This document shows, in pieces, positions 36,001 to 48,300 of a DNA stretch of 64,000 bases. The notes beneath the pieces were generated by a model. That model made no database searches. It was not told where the DNA came from and saw nothing but the letters and a program-made list of their open reading frames with translations. The DNA is from Zygnema circumcarinatum SAG 698-1b (lineage: Eukaryota; Plantae; Zygnematophyceae). The DNA lies in NCBI GenBank assembly GCA_037447605.1, contig CM074808.1:1798001-1862000 (forward strand), read 5' to 3'. Each line of letters begins with the position of its first letter. The stretch's first letter is position 1. Position numbers and translations under genes: made by a program.

Positions 36001-36720
36001 GTGATTGGGACACGAGCAGGGGCTGCAGAGCAATTAGTCCGAGCCTCTGTAAAGTGGGATGCCCAAGAGCAGCAATGGCTGTGGCAGCTGCTCACGGCGG
36101 AAGCTCAGAGCTGGCCTTTCCAAATTCTTGTTGCGCTTGTTAACTCGGTAAGCAGTGGCGCGAATGGAGCTCCTTGGCCGGAGGCTCTGTCCGGGCTGTT
36201 CTCTCTTTTGAGATCGCGCAGACCGACTGCTGAGCTTCTGACTGCAGTCCTTTCTATGCCCTCTCCTTGTGGAAAGACTCCTGCTGCCATTCTTTCCGCG
36301 TGGTCAGCAGACCACCACAGTCTTATGTGCTCGTTGATTGAGCAACAAGGCCATGGGACGTCTGTTAAGGTTGAGCACGAGCACCAAGGAGGGAACCATG
36401 GTGGGCAAAGTGGTCCAGCGCAGGAGGCAAGCTGTAGCGGCAGCACAGCGGCATTGTCATTCCTTACATTTTTGAAGAGAAGGCATGGCGTACTGAGAGA
36501 AGAATTGTTAGATTCAGGAAATGTAAAGAAACTCGTTGCTGTCCTAACAAGATATGTGAGGGGCCAAGAGAGTGCAGCTAGGAGGGATTGTCCGCAGTGT
36601 AGAGATGCGCAAGATGGGGCTCACGTTGGTAAAGGAAAGGATAAACATTTAGTGAGGAGGAATGAAGGTAGGGAAGGTAGCAGCATAGGCAGACCAGTAG
36701 GCAATAGCAGCAATGGGTAG
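33025..36720 (+). CDS. INTS3: Integrator complex subunit 3
   Basis: Uninterrupted ORF from ATG 33025 with [43 protein letters not shown] and [12 protein letters not shown]. A terminal intron (36556-36933, ending TAA at 37008) is a possible alternative end. Confidence 0.92.
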   Translation: [1231 protein letters not shown]

Positions 36721-37974
36721 TTGAGGATAAGAAAGTGTAATTTGTATCTGTACAGTTCCATTACGTGGATCATCGACGGTCATTCGCTTGAGTGACAAGA
36801 ATGGAAGCCAAGCATCATGGCGAACAAATTGTGTTCGCCAATTCGAATCCTGAAGACGTTTTCTCCATTGGTTGTGGCTATGCGGTGCAATGCGGAAGTT
36901 TAAGGCGGCTGCGCACATTATCAGAGTGTGCAGTTAAATCCTGAGGCTGCTCAGGGAGGCGCCCAAGGAAGCCAATGGTTGACCTCCGATCAAATCACCG
37001 ACCGGTAAAGAAATTGCGAAGTCGCCTATTTTGCAATGGTGGTGCACCGCTGCCATCTGTCCTATTCTGCTTGCTTGCGGTACCCGGAAAAGGCAGAAGG
37101 CCGATGGCATCGCAAAACTAAGCCCTCGAGAAGCTCTTCTTCCGCTTTTGAAACATGCTGCGGGCGCTGCAGGTCTGTTGGCAGCAGGTAAGATTCTGCA
37201 ACTCATGTAATAGCCATCTGGCTATCAACTCATATTGTTAGTCATATCCAGAACGGGGTGTCTATGCACGTGCGAGCAGCGCTTTCATTCATCCTCGGTC
37301 AGAAATAGGTATGCACGGCCATTCCTTTATTTTGTCCACAATCGCCAGCCTGTGAATTTCATTATTTCGTCGTATAAATAAATGGTGGGCTCAATGTAGC
37401 GCCCTTGTCATATTCATTCTTGTTTACGAACTTTAACCTCCTGACTTGGCATCCTCGATGAGCAGATACTCGTAAGGCACTTCAACGAATGATATCAAAA
37501 TAGTATATGAGGCGCTCAAGGCACTCAAGGCCAAGAAAAATAAAAAAAAATCCAGCTTACGATCACAATCTATCCATGTTTGAAAGCAGAGTAAAGTCAA
37601 GCCCTAATCTGGCAAAAACACCACTCAAGTCTTTGACACTCATTAAAATCCTTTACTTCATGTTACATGACAGGCGTTTCCTTCCTGTTTGACTGATGCC
37701 TTCTTCACCCACACTTCCTAAGAGGTACCAAACAAAGGTTGGTTGGCTTTTCTTTATCTCCTAAGAAAAAAATGGCAGAATACACAACCCAAACATCTAA
37801 GGCCGTGTACATTGTTCAACAGGCTTCGCATTTTGTACACCTTTAGAAACGATTAAAAGAAACTCCAAAAAAAAAAAGGTGGAGGAAAACCCACACCAAA
37901 AGACAACCCATAGCCTCTGATAGAACATCCACTTGCGGTTGAAACGTCAGCCAAGACTTCAGTTGGAGCTTCCC

Positions 37975-40900
37975 TCACCTCGTCGCATGGTCCCATCCGC
38001 GGTAAATGAACAGCTCAACATAATTCTTCAGCCACAACGCAGCTGCGAAAGTAGCAGCAGCGGCCCCAGCCAATCCTGCTTGGAGGAAGGGCCGGCCACA
38101 GACAGAAGCCACGGCAGTGAGGAGGACAAAGGAAAGGACCTTCAAGGCACGAATGGTGAGCTGAAAGCGCTTGAAAGCCGAGGAGCAAGCCGTGCACTGC
38201 TCAGTGTGGGAATGCAGCCGGTCCATCACTACTTCCCGCGATGACCATATCGTCGATTGGGGAACTTCGGCTCCCTCAACATAGTCGACTTTACCTCCTG
38301 CTCAAAAAGCGAGTTGCGTGGGTTAATATAATCGTGTTTTTATCTCTTAAGGTTGATGCAGTAAGACACTCCAGCCTTAGAAGAACCTTCCCATCAGCAA
38401 AGGACACCAAAGGTACTGCTTCTCTTACCGGCGTATTTAGCAAGCCACTGCCGATAAGCAACCACCAAACGGTCAGACGACGATGGCATGTAGTAGTACT
38501 GCTGCCACTGCTGTGGATCCTCCTTTCGTCTCCGAACCGTTTTCTCCTGGCCATGAAGGAAGAAGGCATCGCCTGACACCGAATATGGAGCAAAAGGCAC
38601 TTCAGGCATACATAGAAGCAAGCTCTGATTGAACCCTATAGTTGCAAATAAACTACTACATATCTCTTTTGACAATCAAACAGCTGCAATTGCCGCTTTG
38701 TTTCAGTGCCGTCCAGAACAAGGCACAGCTCTGTGGCTTCGTCCTTCCATACCCAGCTACAAACAACGTTCCCAGAGCCTGGAATGCATGGAAATCATCA
38801 GTAAAAAGGTCTTTATTCAAGTAAAAAATAGAGAAAGATGAGGATGACTGTGTACCATCAAATATGTCCTGAAGGCCAAAGTGTGACACGAAGTCAGGCA
38901 CTCGGAAAAAACTTTGAGGCAGAAGGCTCGCACTTGTAGCGGTCTGGAGGATGGCACGGCTTCTGCCTGGAGCCACTGGAGTGGTGAATACATTGAGCAA
39001 ACTCTTTCCGCCATTTTCATAAGTCCTACAGAACGGATGACACAAGGAGGGCGGGAAACATGGCAAATGCGAGGCGGACGGACGAACACTAAGATTAGAA
39101 AAATAAGACCAAGCACTTTAAAAGGGCTGCAGCTTGTTCGATGTAAATGTTCATCTTCCTAATAAACTACTGTGCATGCAGCATGCGCAAGAAAAGCGTT
39201 TGAAACCAACTCCAGCAGAGATCTGAACATGTTGCACGGACAATGGTCCAGAAGTGAAAGATACCTGGCATAGGTGACACGATTAGGCGCATGGAACGAC
39301 AATCTGAGCGCCTGTGTTGGAAAGACATCATCATGGCCCACTCCTTCAAAGCCACCGGGACCCTGCGAGCAATTACATGGGTATAAAGAATGCAGCAACA
39401 GAAGAAAGTCAAAAAAAGCAGAGAAAACATCACAAACTCAAACAGAGCATTAAAGGATTTGCAATGCAAAGCTGTTTTACTAGATGTACAGATCAGTACT
39501 ACCCACGTTAACAATAAAGTATCTAAAGAAGGACAGGAAGGAAAATGGCCATTGAAGTAGGAGCTTCCTATAAGTGCGTTTTTCTTAGATGGGCATCAGT
39601 TGCACCAGAGTCACATTTGAGCGGACACCTTTACAAAGCCCCTCGACTATAGATCGTACAGCAGACTCTGCAAGCACACACGACACAACGAGGATAGGCG
39701 ATTTTTCATATTGAGAAACATCTACTAATCATAGCATTGCCAATCAGCTGGACAGCGCACCCTTCCCACCTGGTCATCCGTGAGTGTAAACGGGACAGGT
39801 TTCCCCATGGAACGGTCAAGGGGGGCCACGCCATGGTGTGCATAGGGAAGGTGACTCAAGTCGATCACGTTCTCCACCAAATACTCATAACTGTACATGA
39901 GATCTCGAACACCCTCCCTTACATCGAAGGATTCTCCCTCAAACATCCCGGATGGAAGAGGAGGAGGTGCGGCACGCGCTTTTTCCCATCCGTGCTCATC
40001 GGGCCAAATGAAAATAATGCCCTGTCAACATGAATCATAAACAAATGTGATTAATTCACTCTGGCAGTACACTATGCATAAGCTAAGTGCGAATTCGATT
40101 CTCCTTTTCATTACTTCTCCTAATGCTTGACTTATCAGCCTTTTGGTATAGGCAAGACCTTCTCTACATGGCGACTATCTGAAAGCGCATATTTGTGCTT
40201 TGTATATGCTATTGAGATTGCTATCGTACTTGACCCACTGCAACTCGATGTACTTCAAAAACGAATGCTGTTCAATACGAATTCCAGGAAAAAAGGGCTG
40301 TGAATGCCTCCACTACGTATAGAAAGATCTTCATGTTGCTTCGCGGATTTTCCATGTAGTGCATAACGAAAGTAGCCCTTCGCCTCAATGTGCACCTCCC
40401 TGGAGCAAGATCATTGAAACTAAGTAACATGAACATGCTCGCACGTATCCTGCAGACTCACTTGACATGTGGTTGAGGGCACTGCACGAGCACACGCTCG
40501 ACCAGAGGATTGCTGCCTTAAAGCTTTGCCTTCATCAGCCTGCGGAATAGACTTGCATGCACCAGTGCCGTCAAACGCCCAGCCATGATACGCACATTGT
40601 AGCCGGCCCATTTCATCGATGCGGCCCTGTTCCATACCCCTGCCACGGGTGAGTTGGAACCCGTGATGGAACATAGAAATCCGGTGATGCCATCAGCCAT
40701 ATGTGAAGGAGTCTCCTTCATCCATCCAATACACCACTTGCATCCACTATTTGCGAATTACACACCACTGACTTTGGACTTTCTCGTAACGAGATGCTCA
40801 TTTAATTCCTCACACTCTAATTCCGAACCAAAGACCTCAAGCTCCCTGCCTCTTATTATCCACTCTCTTCACACCCATTACCTCTTCCCCATGCTCTCCT

Positions 40901-41934
40901 GCCCAGCTCTCACCTTCAATCCTCCTTCTCAGCCACTTTCTCTATCAGTACACAGTTACGCTTACCTCTTTTCACAATCTGGTCACTTTCCCTTCTGCCT
41001 ATTCTCCCTCTCTTCGTCACTGAAAGTAATTTAGCACTCTATCGCTTCGTTCTTATTTTGGCCTTCCTATAACTTGCTTAGCGCATAGGTAGCGCAAGCT
41101 ATATCCTGCATAATTCTCTAGCCAGAACTGCCTTTTGAGTTCTTTCAAAAAGAAGGATGCAATACTTTATTTGAGCGAAGGAAAGATGAAGTTTTCCTTG
41201 AGTTAAGAAATGAAAAAAAATGAAAAAGATAGTCTGTCTTATCTTGTTTGAGCATTTCCATTTCACAGCCGTAGATAACTTGAAGGGAGTTTTTCTTTTC
41301 TTGGGCGGCAATGTCCGGGAAATTTCGAATATTATAACGATGGAAAAAAATGATTGTACTCAAATTCTAGTGATAATCGTTACCCTACCTCAGATAATGG
41401 CACCAAGCGATGAGGACACTCGTCAACAAAGCAGCGCCACTCCCCGTTCGCGTCATACCATAGCACGTATGGCCGGCCGAGAACACTCACGGGATGTGGT
41501 CTGGAAGTATCCGTATGCTTTGCAACTTGCACGGCATACCAGTGTGACTTCCAATCATAGGACGGATTTCCTCTGTCCTCTTCAAAATGGGGCAACGCCT
41601 CCTCGGTACCTACTCGGTGTTCGACATCTGATACGCATGCTTGTGTCTGCAGCTTTCTTGCCCTTCGTCTGCGGTTCTGCAGCTGGCTGAGTCGCGAATA
41701 GCTGCTGAGTGTCAACCGTCGAGATTTGAACAGGAACTGCTCTCCTGTCCTCTTGGGGCAGCCTACCTTACCAAAAGCAGAAGACTGGGAGCAGCAAACC
41801 ACTTCCAGCATGTTGCCCGCTCCTACCGGAACGGGGCAGCTCAGAGCCTGGTGACGCGTGCTGCTCTGTACCACACAGCTGCTTGAGAAAATGGCAGAAG
41901 GTAGACATCTCCCTTCCCCGCCTGCAGGAAACAT
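37975..41934 (-). CDS. Pheophorbide a oxygenase-family Rieske oxygenase (PAO/PTC52/TIC55-like), plastid-targeted
   Basis: Rieske motif CPHRLVPLSE|GRI...QCAYHGWAF across intron 41388-40627; mononuclear Fe site ENVIDLSHLPYAHHG; C-terminal HTEQCTAC plus a hydrophobic tail. Exons 41934-41389, 40626-40462, 40021-39769, 39362-39265, 39024-38856, 38572-38429, 38297-37975. Start could be 41952. Confidence 0.93.
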
Positions 41935-42337
41935 GGCGGCTGCTGCGAACATCCTGACTGACAGCACGAGCAAGAGCAAAAATCCTAAGAATGAACACTC
42001 TTTCTTCTTCCTGCCGCCTCCCTGCCATGATGGTCCCCCCCCTGCAGACAGCAGCGATGGGCTCCATCGGCTGACGATGCCGAGGCCAATGGCGGAGCGC
42101 CCGCCCGCTTGCCTACCTCGTGCGACCCGCTGCCTCTGCCCCCCCCTCGCCCTCGCCCTCGCTTTCCGAGGGCGTCTCCACTTCCACCGCCTGCATGGGC
42201 CCTCCAGATGGAGACATACTGTCCGTACTGATCGTACCATTCGCTTTTCCGTACATTTTTTGTACCGTTCATGCTCCTCGAACTTTGAGGCGACTGTAAG
42301 GCCGGGAGCTCGACATTGTGGGAGCGGTGCTCTGGAG

Positions 42338-45300
42338 ATGGAGCCCGGCGGAAGCAAGGTGAGCGGGATGAGGTAGAGGTGCAAACGCAGTCGGCGATGG
42401 AGCAAAAAGTTCGGAAACTGAGCTGGTGTTCTGGAATGAGGCCTTGTTGGAAATGCAGAATAAAGGCTTGGAGGACTCTTTGGAGCTTCTTCGGAGCGAA
42501 GAGGACGAGCGACGGCTCGTAGGATTGTTATTGGCGACGAAATTTATATCAGGCGATGATCTCCAGTCGGTTCGAAGAGTTTTTGATGCAGTAGGATTTG
42601 AATTCATTAACCGCTTGTTGAAAACGGCGCATCTTGGAGACGGTAGGCCACAATTTTAACCTTTTCAAAGCCAGTTAATGTGATTAAGCTGGAAGAAAGT
42701 TGATTTTTTAATCTCTGTGTATTTTTGTTTTAAATTATAATTTGCCTCAGCCACTGAGGAAGCTGCAGCCAGTTAGAAATGGAGAAGTATATGATACTGA
42801 TAGAAGCACTTGCTGCTTGTCATGTTTCTGAATTGTGCTTTTGTGGGAAGGGTAGGCTTGACAACAGCAGGCACTGGTGCTGAAGCAGATGTCGCAGGCC
42901 AGCGACAGGCATACGCGACACTTGCACTCAGCATTTTGAGTGCCTTTTGTCGTGTGCCAGAATTGGCAGCTTCACCTGAAATGTCTGAAAAAGTTCCAGT
43001 TTTTTTCGCTTTCATAAGGGAAAGGTAGGGCCTCATGATTTTGCGTGCAGAGCTTAATTCTTCGTGTTGTTTTTTTTTTTTTTTTTTTATAGTTGTTTTA
43101 TGGGTTTTGAAGTAGACTTAATCAGGATTTTAATTCACCAAAAAAAAGAAAAAGTCTTTCTATTTCCGCTGTAGTTTTCAGAACCCAAAAGGCTCATTCA
43201 ACTGCACATGCATGTTACCGGGGCACTGCTGACAGGAAAGACGGAAACGCGATGGTGGATGCTTATGAATGCCTTCTTGGTTTGGCTTATGCGTCAGAGC
43301 ATGGGTTGAGAGCTGTTAAGGAGGTCGAGCCGTTGGAAGTTGTGGCCACCGACATCCATCTCTCAGCACCGGGTATGTTGGAAGTCTCTCGTTGGGTTTT
43401 TTCATAGTGGATTTAAGGTCCAGAAACAAAATTTCCTAAATGAGCACCTTTAGCGCTTCTGTTCTCAATGCTTGCAGCCCAATCTCCCCTTTTTGACAGT
43501 ACCCCCAAAGATGTACTGCTTGCAACTCAGGACCATGACAGATAAGATCTTGTTTTTTGCGTGCAGATTGTCCTTGGCTGCCATTGGCTCTGAAGTTTTT
43601 GCTTCTCCTGTTCAAAAGTGGCGTGGATGACAGAGACATGTACGTGCACAGGAGATCCTTCTCCCGCATGGTGGGTTCTCTTCCACTGCCCATCACCTCC
43701 ACGTTTCTGTGCCTATGTCACAGTCAACGCGGGGGAATTCTATGTCTACTATTGTGCATATCGGCAAGCAATTGTGCTGAGTCGGTGAACATCTGCTTTG
43801 GCAGGTGCCAGTTTTGGCCCGGGAACTGGCACAGCGGGCTGATGACTCAAAGTTTGATGCTCTCGCTCTTCTTCTCAACATTCTCTCATCGGCTGAGGCA
43901 GCTGTAAGTTTTTCGAGGTCTTACGTGCATCAATGTGTTAGGAACCACCCCTTCTTTTTTGTGATCCCGCCTCTGCTGATCCTCATTCTGTTTGCCAAAT
44001 TTCGGAGAAGCGTTGGTCGAACGGCCCCGCTTATGGCTAGAGGCGTGAAGTGGGAACTGAAGGGCCTTTGCCGCTGCCTTTTTTGGCAGAGAAGTTTGCC
44101 TTACAGCTGTTGTCTGACGTCTCTTCACTTCACAATCTTTAAACTTTCGAATTGTGTCCTGTTGAGCTCTTTGTGTATGGAAACTATGAATGGCTCGTCC
44201 TGGGTTCGGGAAAGAGGGGAAGAGCAGGGGACAAAGAGACGAAAGATGGGTTTTAAGTCAACGACGTTGCATAAGGCTTTGTTGGCGGAACTGTCAACTC
44301 TTTGCTAACATATATTGGTTTGTGCAAGAACCTGTACGAATCACCCTGCAGAAAGTTTTTCCGGACAATACATGGACAGCAGATGCTCGCACAGGGCTCT
44401 ATCACTTGCTTCACAGCCGTATTGGTGTGCCTCAAACTTCCCATTTTCCTGTTAGCTCGTCCTTTGTGTGCAAAATGCGTTTTTCATTGTTGGAAAGATC
44501 GATGCCTTCCACTTCTGGTCCTTGTGGACTGCGAACTCCCTCTTTTTCCTTATCAGAAAAGCAACCGTCCGCTGCGGCAGGTGATGAGCAGAGGAGGGCG
44601 GCGCTGCAGCTCGCGAAAGTGGCGATGGAGAGAGAGGGAGGGCGGTGGCTCGCGGGGCCGCTCAGGGGACCTACGGACCAAACCCTTCTCCCAGCAGACA
44701 GGTATGCTCCACTCGCTCGTGGTTTTTGCTTTTTTGCTCCAATCTTCGTGCACTGAAGACGTTTTCAGCCCAGTCTTTGGTTCATGTTGATCTCATTATT
44801 GACACAGCAAAAATATTAGCTCCAACAAATCTGTCAATCCTCCCACTGATTTCACTGCTGTTCTTTGTCTTGTGTATGCACATAATCTGGTTGTATGCGA
44901 TCTGGATCCTGTAGGATGGCCAAGCAGCGGCTTGTACTCTTGAGTTACTTTTGTTCCCTCAAAAAGCACTCAACACCTTCAACTTTGACTCGTCTTGTTT
45001 TAACACTTTGATGCCAGGTTCTTTCTTGTGTTGGTCGAGACTTTGCGCGTGGAGGTACCGGTCTTGCTTGAAGACTTGGCTCGCCTCATTTTTGCAGCGG
45101 AAGAGGAGAAAGAAGAGGGAGGCTCAACTGAGGCAGGAGGAGGCCATAGCTCCGCCATGGTCCCAAGAGGCCGAACTGCCCTCCTCGGAGAGAGTGCGAG
45201 CGGAGAGCGAGGGTCGGTCTCCCAGTCATCGCAAAAGGTGCAGACCGCGGAGAGAATGGTGGCGGACTGTTTCGCAGTTCTGGAAGAGGTCATTGGAGTG

Positions 45301-48300
45301 ATGGCAAAGGCAGCGTCTGAGGATGCAGAGGGACAAGGGGAGAGGATGGGAGAGGCTGGGAGTGGTGAGTTGGATCCTTTTGTACCTGCTATGCATTTGG
45401 TAATCTACTGCAGAAGACAAGTCATCAGAAAGAAGGAACGTAAAGGTTATCATATCTTGTAGATACTACAGTGGCAGATTTCGCAGGTGATAAACGACTT
45501 TGACGTCTGGTTGACAAGTTATCTGATGGTATCGTGACGTTATTTTTTTCGGATGCTGATGATTGCAAGGACTGATCGCAGATTTGAGTATTGAATCATT
45601 GGAAAAAGCTTTTCAATCCGTGGAAGAGGCCATTCGGGTTGTCTTGGAGTTTCTTGAGCTAGCCAAGGTAATGTACAAGTCCATCCGTTGCCAGGATGCA
45701 ATGATTCAACAGCTTGAGATTATGGCAATTTGACAGCCATGTATTGTTCTGTCTAACGGAATTATACATATAGGGCTGGTGGTGCATACTCTGTCTGAGG
45801 AGAACATTGTCTGGCAGGGCCACTCTCCCTAGGCCAAGTTAGTAACAGATTGCAAATATTCAATAAAAGTAAACTCTACTCGGACATCGTGGCATTTTTT
45901 TACTGTCAAATAGTCTGATGTTAGGGGTGACCAATGTTCTTTTCAGTGACGAGAATTTTGCAAGTCCTCACAGAACAACACACCTCTCTAACGCAGTAGC
46001 GACAAAGTATTTCGTGGTGCGTGGGCGAACTATAGGATGAAGATAGAGCCCCTCGGAGGGGGGTGGCGGTTCCTTCCTTGCAAGCAACTGGGGTTTACAT
46101 GAGGTAGTGGTGCAAGCAGCTCAAATCTTTCCGCGGTTGCAGGCACATGGCAGGAATGTTGACAACGGAGTGCTGGCCTGCGTCCGAGTGGTTGGGAGGC
46201 GAGTTTCCTGTTCCGACCCCCACTGAGGAACTGTTTTGCAGAATTCTATATGCTCCTTCTCATATTCACTTAGAGGGATGGATTGGCATTGATCTCCCTA
46301 AGTCAAAGAGATTTTGTCAGACAGTCTGCAGAAGTCACTCTGTTTCCCTCCAAGGATGAGACACACACCTCATACCGTCAAGCGAATTTTGTTAACATTT
46401 GAACATGTTATCGGGCAATTGTCGCTTGTTCCATCTAATTCAAATCAGATTCAAAGACTTGGAATTTTCTGAAGCTCAACATTTGAATTTTTTTTTCAGA
46501 GTTGCTTCAAATGTTCTAATAGTTCACTCTCACATGCGGACTCCAACAAATTGCAAGTCACGATTCAGACATTGGGTCCGTCAGATCAAGATTTAATTGT
46601 TCACATGTTCAATCGGTTACGAAATAGATATTCAATTGAACAAGAAAAGGATAATCATTTGTTCAACACCAAAGTATTTGAATTCGATCTGTAACGAGAT
46701 TCTGGCTACGAAATCGGCATAGAGACATATGAGATAGACATTGAGACATTCGAAATGATTATTTATCTATATGTTCAAGAAAGTTAGGCTATATGTTATC
46801 TGTTCATGTTTAAGGTATGCAGACTTGCGTGCGGGGGAACAAATCACCAATTTTTTAAGTAAAAAACGTAGAGGGTGGTGAAGCTCTCCTTTTCACTTTG
46901 CAGATTGTCTTAGTAGTTACATCAAGACAGGGGGAGATTAGTTACCAAATTGTGTCTAATCAAATTGATAATAATCTCGTTGTTTTGTGCAGGTTTTTAG
47001 CTGAGGCACCTCAGGCTCATAACCAAAGGGTTCTCCAACTTTTGAGTTTCATGCTCTCTGTGAGAGCGTTAGACGAGGAGACGTGAGTTCCCTGTTCAGG
47101 CTCTGGAGGTATCTAAACTGCTTGCAGATTTACATTCGATTGTCGCTAGGGGGCAATGTGTAGCAGAATTACCTGCTCTTTGTTGCGTAGGATCACCACG
47201 GTTTAGACGTGTTTGGAAAAATTCAGGCTGAATAACTGGTCATCTTAAAGCACTAGGAGAGCCGGCTGTAGAGGAGTTGAAAATAGTTGCCTCTTTTTTT
47301 TTTGCCACCACCCACCCTCCGCTGAAGCAAGCAAAGCGATGCCTTGTTCGGAGGGAGCAGGGCGGCGCAGTCAGTGCAGTTTTTGCTGCCCGCGCTGCTG
47401 CAGACGGACGGCGGCGCGCTCGCAAAGGAAGGAGGGGTCCTCTCGCAGGTGCGGGAAGGAAGGATGGGCTCTCTGCAGGATGCATGTGCATGGGCATGTG
47501 CTCGCATGGGCAGAGAAAGGGCAGGTTGAGTCAACGAGGAGAGACATCGCTCACCTACCCACAACTTGGCGTGCAAGTTGAAGTCTCATGGTATCATGCA
47601 GCATATGTTTATTGAGTATGTTTCGAGATCAATGCCAATGAGCAACCTGGAGATGCATTAGGCACGCGTGGTGGGGCTGTTTGTGTTGCCTGGAACATTA
47701 TTTTGCATGGCCCGTCGGTTAGTAGGAGCGATCTTTTTTGGGTTTTTGCAGATTGTGAAATTTGTGGTCGAGCAAGCCCGGACGAATGCGGAGGGGGCCC
47801 TTGAGGCTGGCGAGCAGAGCCATGCAGCGCTGGTCGATGCCTGCGATATTCTTCTCAATGTGCTCAACTCGGTGGGCACTCCTTACCCACTGGTCTTCCG
47901 GACTCTTTCTCTCTCTTTCTCTCTCTTTCTCTCTCTCTCTCCCCCTCTCTCTCTCTCTCCCCTCTCTCTAGGAGGAATATGAAGGGGGACCAGGACAAGT
48001 TGAGAGTGGCATCTGGAGGAAGGCTTGCTGCAGACGAGCCATGACTTTGAGCCGAATGTAGGGGACCTCCTTCTGGGGGTTGATTGTCAAAATTGGATCA
48101 ACATAAATTCTCATATTCAGGACTTTCTCAATCAGAAATTAACTCCAAAAGTATGTCAGCCTTTTCTGGGTGAAACCAATATTCTTGTAAGAATGTCGCT
48201 GCCATCTTGTGACACTAATTGGACGTAAGTTGTAAAGTTGGTATTCTCGGTTATCTTAACTTATGGAGGTAGGGAAACTCTGTCGTTGTATGTCATCATG

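Noticed and set aside
41380-42405. 341-aa minus-strand ORF as a full-length N-terminus
   Set aside because: Only the part from Met 41952/41934 fits a transit peptide plus Rieske domain; the upstream portion is GC-rich leader overlapping the neurochondrin start.
46390-46820. AT-rich intronic block as a MITE
   Set aside because: Only weak terminal similarity, with no clear TIR or TSD.
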